Assembly: GCA_003568945.1 (NCBI GenBank)
Contig: BDIP01000008.1
Coordinates: 1 to 51,157 of the forward strand
Direction of reading: 5' to 3'
Length of the DNA stretch: 51,157 bases
Source: Kipferlia bialata
Lineage: Eukaryota
Position numbers and translations under genes: made by a program. Every line of letters starts with the position of its first letter. Position 1 is the stretch's first letter. Below are positions 24,801-39,800 of the stretch, one piece after another. Below the pieces are notes generated by a model. The model was not told the DNA's origin and did no database searches. It saw nothing but the letters and a program-made list of their open reading frames with translations.

Positions 24801-27800
24801 TCTTCTGGTCCAACTGCTCTAAGACCTCGTTCAGCGCCTGCCTACCGGATATAACCTTGGGTCAGAGTAGTGTAAAGGGACATACGACAAAAGAGTCAAA
24901 CAAAGAGATGGCCTGTTCCACAGTCATATTCATACATGGCTATGTTGAATGTGAATACATATGCCAGTATACTCAAGGGGCATGTACCTCGTCCAACAGG
25001 GGCTGGGTCTCTGTGACAGACTGGTGGAACACAAGCACTGCCTGGACCCACTCCACAAGGCCGCCTTAGAGTGAGACTACGACAATACTATCAGAAGACT
25101 TAACATCGGAAAGGTAATCCAACTCACCAACACTGAGCGAAACGTGAACTGCGCTGGAATATGTGAAGTCAGGAGCAGATACATAGGGCTGTAGGAGCTC
25201 GGCCTGCTCTCTAGACAGACGGGCAGGATCGTAGTCAAGAAGACGCCTGGGTGAATCATGAAATGTACTCTCAAAACTGCTACTAACTTGCCGTGCCAAT
25301 AGGAGACCCACCTGACAAAGTGGGCGGAGTTCATCAGGTAGCGCAGGTCATCGTAGGAGTCCTCGGGGGAATAGAACGTTACGCTGACCATATCGTCGCC
25401 ATCGGGAGAGGAGGAGTGGGCCGTGCCCTCCCGGACCACCCCGGCATCGTCAGCAGCCACGGACACCCTCAGCAGCTGGGCCCTGACAGGCCGCACAGAG
25501 CCTTCACCTGTAGGGTGAGTGGTGCACACCTATTAGTTCCTATTTACAGTATCCTTAATATATAAGAACTAACAAGAGCACGTACCTAGGATAATGCCGA
25601 CGCAATCGATGATCCGCCGAATCAGGGAAGGAGGGTGTGTCATTGTCTGGGGTGAGAGGGTATCGTAGAGAGTGTCTGAAAACTCAAACACTCTCGTATC
25701 AGAATGAGAGCGAGAGTCAGTTGACTGGCCACCAAACACAGTGGAAATTGGTGGGGAATGGATACCCCTAACATCCATGTCCCATCGACACAACGAATGG
25801 CGTATCAATACCTTTAGGAATGTAACATCGTCCGAGCTTACAAGAGACACTGCACGCTTGGCTGCCTTCAGAGCAGGGAGCCTCTCCTTCAGCCTCTCAT
25901 TGGCGTCCCCTGACAGCCGCATCAGCTGGTCGGCCATCCGCTCATGCTTCTGCTGTACCTGCACAAGAGCAGCACGGCGCTCCTCAGCCCTGGTGGTTAG
26001 GAAGAACAACCAACAGTGGCCATCCACAACAGGCAGTGATACATACCTTGCTGAAGACTCCATCAGCTCCTGCAGTCTTTCGTTCATGGTCTCAGTCTGG
26101 GCTCTGAGAACCTCCTTGGCTCTGATGATAAACAAAATTGAGGATAGAGTAGAAGATATTCTTGAGCATATTACAGTTCATTGAAATTGACACCCACCCA
26201 CCCCACACAGCACAGAATGTTACCTGTTGATCTCCACTCTATCCTGGGCAATGGAGCTTGCTACGGTGGACAGGGAGCTGAAGGCACTGGTGTATCGGAT
26301 GAAGTCCGACACAATGCGCAGCGTGGACCTTCGGTACTCAACCAGGAACAGCTGGGCCACCACCTTCAGGGCCTGCAAGGTAATCTTTGGGCCGGGAGGA
26401 AGAACCTTCAACAGAGGGATCGACTGGGCGCCTGTGTCAGACAATGATACGGATGTAGATACATAACTACAACGTGGTGTACATAATATCTACTCACCAG
26501 TTGCCTCTGGCACTCGGAGTCCTGGGATGCTGCCCCTGACCCCAGGGTCCCCTGTGATGGGTCCCACTGCCTGGGGTGGGTGAATCAGAAGAGAATAGCT
26601 AACTATAGGGCACTTCCCACCTGCATATCGGCGGTGTCATTCTCTCCGCCAAATGCAATGACGGGATTGAGGTTGGAGGCGCCGTTAATGGGCATCTGAA
26701 GAGCAGCGACAAGAGCCTGGGCCAGAATGTTGGAGTGCGTGTTCTGGATATTGACAATCTCGTGCTCAATCTGCTGGAACAGAAGATGGCGACTGTTCTG
26801 CTTCTTGGCACTGGCGGATGTGTCAGCTGAGGGTGAGGGGAGGTCTTGGGACTCACACAAGAATGACAACATGAGTTCCTACCTCTGTTGAGGAAGAGCG
26901 TTCCACTTCTGTAGGGCGAGGACTCAGACCCTGATGCCCCGGCAGAATACAGAGACGCAGACTGGGGACCAAACGGAGAGGGGGCCGGAGAGTTGGAGAG
27001 GGAAGGCGACTCATCGCGCACATGCACTCTGTTAATGTTGACGGAGAGGTCGATGCTGTCTCCGCTGTTCTCGATACTGTCTGTCTCAGACTGCCCCACA
27101 TCCACATCCACATCATCGTACACAGAGGGGTCGGGGGTCACTGGGGTGAGGGCACAACTAGGGATAGCGCTTATCCACATCTTACCTTGGTCTGCACAGA
27201 ACTTCTCCTTCATCCGCTCCAGTGCCCCTATAAGTTGAAGTCGTGTCTCGTCGAGTGTGGGCTCTATCATGATCCGGAGTGCCTCCACTAGTTCGGGCTG
27301 ACTAGCGCCGTTCCACAGCATGCTGGAGGGTCAGATACTATATATGTCCATATATATATGTGTGTGTATATGTCAGAAGCAGCACATACACTGCTATTCA
27401 CCGGAAACACGTCATAGATCCATACCTGTAGTGTAACCGCTGGAGGGAGTGCTGCAGAAGTCTGGTACAGGAACCCATACGCCTGTGTCAGATAGTGTTT
27501 GCAACACACTGAAGGTGGTATGAGGTTCTGTATCAGTATCGGTATATGCCAACACCCACCTGTTCAGATGCTCCGTCTTAGGAGGAGCTGCCGCTGAGTT
27601 GCCGGTCGTTATGTGGTCACTGACAGGCGTGGGACTCTTGCTACGGAACACCACAATGGGCACCACCCTTCTTCTGATGTACTCAGACACCTTGGCAATG
27701 TCAAATGGAGACAGAGAGCTGGTCGGGAACTGAGCGTTGCGGGACAGGCAGAGTCTGTGGTAAGACCAGGGTTCTCAGAAACCCATACCGTATAGAGACA

Positions 27801-30800
27801 CAGCTGTTGGCACCTGTGGATTGCATCATCTGAGAAGCACTGAGTGAGGTCGCTGAGTGGGGACAGCAGGGACAGCAGGAGGGTGGATACCCAGGTGTCG
27901 ACACCAGGGGACGCAATGCGACTAAGGTGAGACGACTGACAACATCAGACACATATAGAATGCAACGGACACGCACTAGCTATATTTAACACATATGAGA
28001 GGAATAATGAATGTAACCCTGCACACATGCACATACATATCACAATATGTACCTGTTTCCGGACGTGTGGCCGGACACCTCGAAGCAGAGGACAAGGGGC
28101 AGGATCCGACCGGCGTTGAGTGAGTCAAACTCATCTGAAGTGTCCTTGACAGTACACTGCTGGTCTTGAAGTGTAAATGGGTCCACTGGGGTTGGTGGGT
28201 GTTAGAGGAAGAAGGACACTGGTTGCAAGCACGGATAGCAATATATACCTGGTTCGCTATCGGATGCTGTGGAGTCTCCCTCGTGGTGAGCAAATGCAAA
28301 CTGCTCCGCGACACTTCTCTGCCTTGGCAGAGCACATGCCAGAGGGAGCCTGGGTTAGGGGAAATAGAGTGAAGAGATGGAACACTGTATCGGTGACTAT
28401 TCCACAACACTCTCCCCACTCATGAGTCCCGCCGTCTCATACCTCTCCAGCAGCTGCGACAGAGCCAGCTGGTTGACGGTGTGCATGGACTCGCTGGGGT
28501 TGATCACGCACCGTAGCACAGAGAAGGACTGCTCTGCATCTCTGTCAGCGCCTGGGGCAAATGTGTATATCCTGTCGAGGGCCCCCATGCGGGATAGAGA
28601 GTAGTGGGTGATGAGAGGCAGATCGAGGGTGGTGGACTCTGAGCAGTCAGAGATGGCAATGGGAGGAGCCCCTGGGGAGTAGCGGCGGATGAGGGTGGCG
28701 AGGGCCAGAGCTGAAGAAAGGAAGGACTCCGTGATGATGACGGAGGTCATTGACTGGCCCAGAGCCCTCATGGCCCGCCTGTCCAGCTCAGCCATCCCGG
28801 CCTGAGTGAGAAAGGTGTCCAAGTATACAAAGACCATGGTGCACATGGATGCGGTACACTACTGTTACTGCAACATACCTGTGATGGTAGCATCTGCAGC
28901 ATTCCCGTTGTCTGGGGCACCAGGTCGACCCCTGCGATGGTGTCCGTGTCCATGAGTACGGTGTGCACATGGTCTGGCAGGTTCTCAAACTGGTTCAGAC
29001 ACACTATCGAGTACAACGAGTGGGACGTCCTGTTCATCACATGGTCACACTTCAGGTCTGCACAGCCAAAGAGCGGCACACCCATCTCTACAATGGTGGC
29101 TGAGGTGGGTGATACGATACCACAAGTATATGCTATATCAGCTTTCGCAGGTACCTGGGTTCAACTGGAGTGGACAGAGGGACAGCCGCGGGTTGGACGC
29201 CGTCTGTGTGATACCTGGAAGTGAGGGACAGATCGCTGACTTTTGCTGCCTGACAAGTATTGTAACCCTAACAGAACCCACCTGTTATGGCCAACAGCCA
29301 GGCATCGGCTAGAGGGTGACCAGTGCTGAGGAGGCTGAGGCCGTCGTTATCGACGGTCTCAGTCCGGTGGCTCACCCCCCCGTCTGCCCCAATACCAGAG
29401 TCACTCGCTGTGGGAGCAGCCGAGTGACTCCTGGTCTCTCCGTGTGACCTCTCCGACAGGCCTGACTCCTCAGTCTCAGAAACCTCCTCATACAGCCCAT
29501 CATCGTCGCTGGCAGGTAAGATGTGAACGGCTTCTAGAAACACAGGTGAGTGGTGTGTGTATTACGATGTACAGGAAACACAGACAACTACGGGCACCTT
29601 ACTGGTATATTCCCGACCTCCACTCTCTTACCTGTCTCGTTGCTGCAATGGCTGGAAGAACTCGGCAAAGAAGATCGGGTCTCTAAGGATCCTGGCCATT
29701 GCTAGCGATGCCTCTACTGCTATGGAATCCAGGACGGCACCTGCTCCAGTGGCTGATGACGGAGGGTACTTGTCTCTAGGCCCTCTCGTGAGGGAGTTCT
29801 CCAGTTCGACAGAAGAGGCACGCCTCAGAGTCCGCTCGGTCTCCTTAACAATACGCTTGGCAAGTTCTGGAGGTAAAATGTAGATCAACACATATGTCCA
29901 TCGGCTTGCTGTTCACAAACATAGACACGAGTAGATAGAACTATACCCACCACATGCTCTCACCTGTGGTAGACTCAATTGTGGTGTAGTCTGCAAAGGG
30001 CACAGCAAAGCACTCGAGATTGTTCTTGACTGTCTGCGTGGTGAGGGAATGGGCCAGGCAGTCGATGGCAAACTGACGCTGCATGGCGTGGGTGACAGCA
30101 GGGGTGACGAGGGTGGTGGGGATAATGGCACGGAACATGACGAGAGAGAGGACGCTGGACGTTAGTGGTCGGAAATCCACATTACTATATAGATATCTTA
30201 CCTTGAAGGTAACTCTGGCTCAGACACAAATGCCTGGACGGCAGAGAGTACTGCCCACTGCTCTGCCTCTGAGGACAGGAGGGTGGCATCAATCAGCAGA
30301 ATGACAGAGTCTGACCCCATGAGGAGGTCGGTGTACATCCTGAGCACGGTCGACTTGAGCTGGGTGTACATTGCATTGGAGTCGCAGGGGGATTCCATGG
30401 TGGGAGTGTCCACCTCCGCTGCAATGGGGCCAAGAGACACACGCAGAATGGGGACAGACATTGACCCAGCCTGGTGTCACCACAGCGAATAGGTATCACT
30501 TATACAACCAGAAATAGCAGCATGGTTGAAGAGACCAAATGACTCAGCAATAGTACTTGTAACTGCTTATACCTTGAGAGAAGCCGCATTGCTACCGATG
30601 CCCGCTGCCTCCAGGTATGTGTAGAGGTTGGGCAGCACTGTCTCATGCACACCCAGGGACACAATCGAGTCCAGGCTGTGTCCAGACAGGGAGTCCCTCT
30701 CGCACTGGTACTGACACTGGTACTGACACCCCGCGTCCTGTGCCCCTCCCAACTGACCCACCATACTGCTCAGCACCTTGCCGGTGGTGACAGCGGAGGC

Positions 30801-33800
30801 CAGAACGGGCGAGGGTAGGGAGAGGAAGCCCGGGAGCGTCTCCAGTAGCATACTGCTGGGGTTGATATCGCACACCTCGAAGGCATTGAAGGCGGGACCG
30901 AGGTCACCTTCAAACACCTCGTAGTCCTCGGGATGGGACAACTCCCTGACAGTCAGTAAGCACAATACAATTACAATGGCAAACAGTCGATGATCGCATA
31001 TTTGGAAAACTCACCTCTTCACGGGAACCACATCGTTATGGCCGCCGGCCAGCATGCAGAGAGCTGTGAGACCGGCACCCCTAGACACAAGAGAGAGGAT
31101 GAGATGGTTCACCTGGGAGTAAGACCAGTGGTTGTGCAACAGTTGTGTAAATAGAGTATGGCACCTTCTTTAGCAGAGTAGAGTCTGCCCGACATCCCCT
31201 CGAGTCAGAGCCCGGCACCCCTTCCCTAGCGGAGTCGACAGGCTCACAGGACATCGCATGGACACAGGCACTGACCCCAGTGCACACACAGTGCAGAAGG
31301 GGCTGGTGCAGACTGGGCTGGCGGATCACGTCGTTGACATGACTCTTGGAGTGATCCCCACCAGTGGGGATATCTCCTTCCCCAGTCTCTGCACTGTCGA
31401 CACCAGCCATCCTGGCACTGTGATGCACATTGCCCAGCCTAGAAATGAGATACAGCCTTCGAAATAGTCCAAACCCGGGTTGTATTACACACATATACAC
31501 ACCTGTCTCCAGTTGCCATAAAGGTCGCATATGTCACACTGGCAAGTAGAAGGTACGGCAATGAGAACGTGTTGGATGCAACCTCATGGGGTAGCAATGT
31601 CTGACCGCTCCCTTGACGTTAGTCTGAATCATACCCAAAGGCGTAAGAACACTAGCATCCTCCTATGAAAATGGCAGATATGGTACCTGTAGCACATGCC
31701 AAAACAGGAAGCAGGAGCTCCTCCCAGAGACTGTCTGACGCGGCATACAGCAGGGTGCAGTCACTGTCACTCATGTGGCGTTGGATGGGTGGGATGCACA
31801 GGGGATACTTGCCATTGATAATCCTCAATGGCTTGGACACGTCGCTAGTAGCAGAGTACAGCATGCCACGGCTGACAGTATTGGGCAAGTGTACATTCAG
31901 ACGAGTGACAGGACATGAACTGTGGGACAGAGGGCCACCTGGAGGGTAAGGGTGAGTGGCATCCATATATGTACATATGTATAGTAGTTACTGACATCAG
32001 ATTGTCAGAGCAATACCTGGAATCTCGCGCACAAGTCTTGGGGAGAGGCTTCCAGTATCCTCAGGAACCAGAATGATCGTCCTGCGGTGACACACACGCA
32101 AGCTGACACAAGAGGGAATATGAAAGTAAAGCAGATTCCCAAAACACACCGAAACCCCTCAGAATACCAGAGACAACCAAAAGCCACAACTCGTACCTTG
32201 AGAAGGAAGGGAATATACCGTTGCCTCTCTCTCCTGCAACCAGGGTAAAGACCAGCTCGGGGGGACACAGAACTACAACATCTCCCTCCAGGGGTCCTGT
32301 CTCTGGGCCAGACCCTATGCCGGCCGGTCCGTTCCCGTACCGCCTAAGCTGCACACTATCAGGGAGAGTGCTGCATCCAAAGGCCACCCACGTGGACACA
32401 GGTCGGCGGCCAACAGTACTGTCTGGATATTGACAGTCGCCGGTTCCGTCTTCGTGGGTTTCAGTGGCCAGCTGGGCAAGCCGAAGGGCTAAAGATCCTG
32501 AGAGGTCAGATTACAGAACATATCACTATTCCTTACTATGCAATAGACACAGCTCAATGCAAATCCGTACCCAGAGCGACGACTGCATTTACAGAGCAGC
32601 TGGAAGGATACATGAGAACTGTGAACTGGGAGGCGGAGAGCAGGAAGGAGGTCCTGACGGCACATAGAATACCAGTACGCATCAAGTGCGACACACTGTC
32701 GGCCTGACGTATGGCGGTCATGGAGTTGTATGCGTTCTTCCCGATGCGAGTGTTTGGCAAGGGAATGTGGCCCAGCCCGTGGGTAGCGCCAGAGAACCCA
32801 GTACGGAGCAAAGAACCCCACCCTGCCAGGGACCTCTCCACCTCCAGACTGAAGAGAGAGGGCACCACGATGGAGCTGGGGTCTATGGTCGTGACGGGTT
32901 GGGCCAGCCGGCCTGCCTTGGCTGAGACCTGATCAGGATCTGGGGCACTGGCAGGGACCTGGGATATGCGGTGGAATGGGCCGTAGAGGGATCCACCCTT
33001 CCTCCCAGGTCTCTCCCCGTCACCAGTAAGAGACTTGACATAGGCTACCAACAGCTGCATGCTATCGTTAGCACTGCGTGTGGACCCGATTACACCCTGC
33101 ACCACGCCTCTGATCCAGATATCATCCACAGAGGCCAGGTCCTTGGATCTCTCAAGCATCTCAACAACCTGCTAGTCGGCGCACTACTCACGAAATGTTC
33201 TGGGATAGAATACATATATATCAGTCGTATCGATTATGACAATACCTGCATAAATGGGGCGGGGTCTGCATTGGGCTTGGCCGCCACAGCCCCTATGGGC
33301 TTGGAGGTGTCTGCCTCTCCGTCTCCATCAGCATCGGGCAGGGCCTCCACCTGATGGGCAGTAAACACCAGTAGCTTGCTGGGCTCTGGGTGCATTGGGT
33401 AGGAGGAGGACAGACGACGCTGAGTGTGGGGCAGAGACGCGTCCTGGAGTAGGGGGAAGACTGCCGACGACTGGTTGAGGGCCGGGGGTGCTGAGCTAGA
33501 GGCAACGCAGCCAGAAGCTCTGTTGCACAAGGACGACACAGCAAGGCCTCCAGAGTCCCCATCGGCGACAAAGAAGGGTTGCTTTCCGTTGACCAGGGGG
33601 TTGGCAGAGGACGCTAGCTTACCACCGGCTGCACCGAGCAAGGCACTGCGCAGACTGAGGTGTAATGGAACGTCGTTGAACTCAGCAGCCAGAATCTCTG
33701 CGAGGGTCTCATCAATGGACTGTATTCCTAGGAGGGCCCCGCTCTCAGCAGTTGCCATCCCGTGAGGCACCTCAGCAGTATGGATCTGGGCGTTGACAGC

Positions 33801-36800
33801 TGAGAGCGAGGCGGATGACGTCTGGATGGAGGTGTTCCTGTTGGCTGCAAAGTCAAATGGAATGGGTTGCGGCACAGTGCATGTGGCCAAGGACCGCACC
33901 TGCAGTCTGAGGGACAGGGGCAGCCGGGACTGACACACTGGAGACAGGGTGAGACTCAGAGCTGTGAGCAGGCACTCCTGCACAGTGTAGGCCACCAGGG
34001 TGTGCTGGGCCGCAGTCCTGATCAGAAGTCCCTTTAGGCACACAGCCACGTTGGGGATCAGGCCTTCGAGATCGAGGAGGTCTGACTCGGTAGAGACATG
34101 GAGATGGGCCAGAACAGCGCCAGTGCGGACAGCGAGCATATAACAGACATCGTCATCGCTCTTGTTAAATCCCGCCCGCCCAACCTCTCCCGACTCCTCC
34201 TCACCCCTCCTGCCCCTCCCTCTCTCCTTGTCCGGCCGCTCCTTGGCGATGAAGGCAGGAAGCAGAGACCGATACGCAGAGTGGGCCAATAGAGCATAGT
34301 GAGCAGAAAGAGAGGCTATCTGAGACGCCTCACTGGTAGGCAATAGCAGGCCACTCCCTCCACTACCACCATACTGCTCTGTGCCTCCAAACTCTGCCCC
34401 TCTAGCATAGGCTGCAGAGTGGATGCCGACCAATCGCTTGACTCGACTGATCCTTTCCTGGCGGCCATCATCATCTGCTGACTGATCCCTATTCTGCTCC
34501 TATGGTGAGAGGTTATGAGAAATCCCGATTTCTATCCTCTGACAATTTAGAAGTGACATGTGGAGAATATACCTCAAAGAGTGAGTCTGCCGCTAGGCCA
34601 CATCCAGAACTAGCGGCGAAGATGCTCAGTGACCCAGTGTCATCCTTTGCCTTGTCCTGAAAGGTGAGATGTTAAGAATACCTCGAGTGCCTATTGCCAC
34701 ATCCTACCTTATCATCCTCAGAGTCTGTTTCCATGGGAAGCAGCACTGCACGCTCAGTCTTGGCTGATGCCACTAGGTTACAGGACGCCAACACTGCATA
34801 CAGACCAGTTCTTGCGGTGTATACCAGCGTCTTGTCTAACGGTGCTGAGTGGACAACATGAACGTGGAGCCGCTCACCAAAACTGGCGGGAATCTTGGCA
34901 GTCAGGGATCCGGTGTCGTTAAGATCAAACCTACGTTAGACGGTCATGGAAACATCGAAATAATGTCAGGTGGATACGCCCACAAGTCACTACATACTAC
35001 AGGACGCCAACAGATAGATACCACAAACCTGGATGAAGTCATAACGTTGACACCCTCAAGCACTGGGTACACTGTGGCAAGCCTATCACTACACAGTCCC
35101 AGCTCCTCTAAGGGATACTCACTGGGTCCTGGGGTCAACACATACACCAGACACATGACTAAACGTATAACATGAGTATATGACGTGACTAACACTATTA
35201 CTAAGATGTCTAATCATTACTACGCACCCAGATCGTCTGTGATGCGGCAGAAGTGACTGGACACACTGTGACTGGCACTGGCTAGAAAGGCCTCGCCCAT
35301 GAACTGTTGCGTCCTAAGGACGTCGTCATGCGTATGGAGCTCAAGATCCACAAGGACCAGAGACGCCCCAAGAGCAGAGGCTCGAAGAAGACAGCTCTTG
35401 AGTCTGTTGCTGCCTGAGGCGCTGCGTCCCTGGACCGGGCTAGGGTGCACAACAACAAAGGGCTTCCCAAGAAGGTTGTTGAACACTCGGAACACATCCA
35501 TGCTCTGAGAGTGAGAGCAAGTACAACCAAATTCGCGAATTCTTACAGATGGAACCGCTGGCTGTACCTTCTTGCTGCTTGAGTCGTCCGACACCTTGTT
35601 CTGTGTGCCACTGCTCAGACAGGGAACCACAACACTGCGGTTCTGGGTTAGAAGACACTAGTAGAATTCCTACCAAAACCGAAAAAACATATACTATCGA
35701 AAGACTTACCTGACACACAGTGGAACTGTAGGACCGGGCAACGGCCTGCATCGCCTGGTGTGAGACAGAACCGGGGCAATACACTACTATGGTCAGGGTT
35801 TACATTCCATGGCAGCACCCACCTTGATATATGATGGAGTCCACATGCTGGGAACGAGGGTGTGGGCTGCCAAACAAGATGAAGGGTCGATACTGCGGTG
35901 GGAACGACGGTACAACCCGAGAGTAACAAAGAGTCATTTCAATTCAGGGTGAATATAACCATACCGTCTTTCATAGGTTGGGACAAATGGATAGAACTGG
36001 TACTGCTCAATTGCAGCATGTACCCGCACGGTAAGACCCACTGCAGAGCTGATATTAGACACACGACCCAAGTCAATAACTAGTATTAATATATTGATAG
36101 AAATTAGCATATAACGCGGCCAAACACATACCTGCCCCCGAGCTGGGATGGGGTGTAGAGGGTGGGGTGGGCTAGACCACACTGCACCGGCCACTGGCAG
36201 AGAGACAGCTTAGCATAGAGGGTCTGGGGTAAGGCTGAGAGAGATACAGGAGGGTACAGACACTGATACCCACGGGTACACACCTGTGGGAATGTTGTGT
36301 GCAAGGCTTGGTGTCTGACTGCAAGATCAGTCAGCCCTTCTCTCTCAGCCTCAACCGGAAGCCTAGGTGTTAAACGTAACTATGGCAGATGCGGTATATG
36401 CAGCAAGGAGTAGAAAGTGTACAGACCAAGGGGTACCTGGGAACCACAATGCGGGGAAATACATCTCCGCCTGCTTCAGCGCTATTACCAGAGTTGATGG
36501 AAAGAGTGGGGAAGCTGCGGTTGTACCAATCACCCTCTGGGATCTGACTGATGGAACTGCTCTTTTCACCCACATTCTGCTCCTCTGCTGCATATCCGAA
36601 TATGAAGGGTGGCACGTGGTTCATTGTTCCAAAGACACCGGGGGAGAGACATGTGAGGGCCCAGGCAGCGGTATGGATGCTCTTGAGCTCCTGCACATGA
36701 GAATGATACAGGGAGTAACCAGAATCTAACCACTGATGCACTTCTCTACACTCCGCTACCTTGTGAACGCCAAGCACCCTCTCCAGTAACACCTCGCCCG

Positions 36801-39800
36801 AGTTGCCACCTGGGTGTGGAATGGCGTCACTGTGCCCACTGAGGTTGTCATTACCTGGCATCAGCCCAGTCACATAGCATGATAACACCAAGGAGCACCA
36901 CTAGATACACCTACAACATACAATTACCTGTGCCGGTGTAGCTGATATGGGCACGAGCCAAGACCAGCTCCTCACTGAGCTGTGAACAATAGACAAACTG
37001 GTCCAGACTGCCTGAGTCGGAAGACGTGTGGCGCATATCCCTAAGGTAAAGACAGGGTGAAATGGACATAGTAGATGTCTGTCGTAGACATGTAACATAC
37101 TTTGTATCGGCCTCTGCCTTTGCGCACATTGTTCTCAGGAACTCCTTCGTCTCCACAGAGGACCCTATGAATGTAGACAGGACCAGGAGGTAGTCAAGAA
37201 GACTGGACAGCTCCACCAGAGCCCCACAGCAGTCAGGAAGAGACGTATAGTACTTGACACCGATACGCAGCCTGTTTAGCTCGAATGTTAACCTTGGCAG
37301 TGCACTCACTTCATTGATCCTGCAATGTCAGATGTATGATGCAGTAATTATGGGAAAGTAAGAATTAGTATCATGTCTATCAACAAAGAGAGTCCCACAC
37401 CTGTTAGCACAGATGAGCGAAGCCACACGCAAGGTGAACCGACACACGGCCAGCATGTAGAGGGTCTGGTAAGGGAGGATGGTAAGGAGGAACAGCATGG
37501 GGCATCCGCATATGAGCTCGGCACACTCTGCGTTGCCAGTGAACACCTCCAGCAGCTCGCTGTCGGAGGCGCAGGATAGGTCTATCCCAGAGAAGTCGAG
37601 CCTGCAGCCAAACATTGCGAGCATAGAATCTAGACGGGATCTGGAGACAGGGTCCCGTCCCAGACGCACCAGGACGGATGGGAAGGAGTCACGCTCTGAT
37701 ACCCTGCTCTTGAAGCGCGTCCAGGTCAGCTGGGGTCAAGAATAGTAATACCAGAGTGATGCAAAGAACCAACATACAATATGAGTCTCCTGAAACGACA
37801 AATCCGAAATGTAAACGAACACTCATATGTGAATGTACAAATATATAGATACCTCAGTCATGGCTGCGCTCCCCCCCGATGTTGTGATGAGGTCAAGGTC
37901 GGCTGGCATAGGGGCCAGAGCAATATACCTCTCGGGAGTGTTGGGCTGAGGGGGCTCGGCCTGTGTCTCGAACACGGCCAGCACCTGAAATGAGCTGACA
38001 TATATATATGGACTTCCACATATTTGGGTACCTTAGGCCATGCTACGTTGGGAGTGGGGACAAGGGGTGTAACCCTGGCTTGACGGGACCCAGCACCAAA
38101 CACGGTCCTCAGGGCAATACGGACCTCCGATAACACCCCTGAGATGTATGTCACTGGGGACAGCGGAGTCCAGGAACCTTGGGTGAGACAGATATCGATT
38201 CCAGATGAGAAGATTGAGTATCACACAATGTGTGGAGCACACCGCCAGAGGCGAACATACCCTTGCTGAGGGACACATCTGATACGGATGTTGCGTCCTT
38301 GACCAGAGGAATGGCACAGAGCACAGGGGTCTCAAACATGAGCAGGTTGCACCTGTGGCTTGGGGAGGTGAATGCAGCCTCGTTTGAGACATCTCCCTCC
38401 AACACAACTCCAACCACGTACTGCCTCTCGCTGTCGTACACCAGAGACGCCACCCCCGGGATGACCTGGCTCAGCAGCTGGCAGAACCTCTGTCGCTGAG
38501 ACCTATTGGCTGTGAACATGATATTCTCCAAGTCGGCAGTGGACACAGGCTCAGTGGGGGACACAGCAGATGAGAACCCCTCACTCACACTGTCTGCGGT
38601 GTCGGTATTGTCTCTGTCCTGCTGGCTCTGAGTACATGCATCTCCTGTGATGTACACAGGACCGGAGCCACACACGTATAGCTCTCTGGTGGTGGTCAGG
38701 TGGCACCCGTCAGAGGCAGGTGAGACACCTGAGGTGAGAAGACACACTTGGAATTACAATGGCAGCCACTACCCCCATCGGTGTGACTCACCTTCCTTCA
38801 GTATAACAGGGTTGTCTTCGTGTTCGAGAAGCGACACATCGGTGCCGGCACTCACAAACAGGAAGAGATCAGAGTCACTGGCAATGCCGCTCAGGACGGG
38901 TACAGTAGCCCTGACAGAGCTCAGATAGGCTGTCCTCACGCTCTCAATGTGAGACATCTGGGACTCCACCTCGGCAAGGTAATCTGCAAACACAGTTCCC
39001 TCACTGACTGCCCCTACTACGCTGTGTGTGGACCTGAGGTAGTCGCAGAGGTTCCACCACGTGTCGCGAACCTTGGAGATTGACTCATATGGAAACAGGA
39101 CTTCTGGGGAGTCACGGAGCAACAGGATCCGCTCGGACTCTGAGAGGGCTGTCAAGGAGCGTGCCTGAAATCAGATACATGCAGAGTGAGAGCGACAACA
39201 GACTGAGAAGTACACTTGAGCTACCGATTCAACGCACTGACCTCACTGGCGTGGGTCTCAGTGATGTACCCGTCATGACACACAAAGGGCTGAAGGGTGA
39301 CCTCGTCATTCACAAGCCGCTCCGCCACAAATGGGTTAATCATGACCCTATAGTGAGAGTATGTAGAAATGAAAACGGTTCCGTAGAAATAGTACATGAA
39401 AAGATAACTGTACACCAGTTCACACCTGCCATTTGGGTCCACATGGTAGCTGTATCGGCAGTCTTCACGGGACCTGTACCCATCGACAGATCCTTCTGGG
39501 GGTTAAGAAGTGGGAGAGGTATGAGAGGCTGAGACCAAATCAACATGTGTGGAGTATGGGCTGGCACTTAACCACCCCCACCCCCTTTCACAGAGACACT
39601 CCCTCACCTCTAGATCTCTCAAAGGGGTTGACGTCAGGCCTGGTGGCACATGCCCCTCGGGCGTGTGTCTCGTTCATCAACACTAGAGGAGGGCCCACGG
39701 CATGCCTCTTGAGCAGAGTAGATAGCGGCACAGACATCTCTCCGTTGCCAGAGTCCACCCCTGCGGCAAAGTTGATGTTGTACGGCCGATTGGGGACATT

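Noticed and set aside
32307..32330. GPAGIGSG, superficially like the dynein AAA1 P-loop GPAGTGKT
   Set aside because: It lacks Lys-Thr and lies downstream of the AAA2 remnants in a low-complexity insertion, not at the AAA1 position
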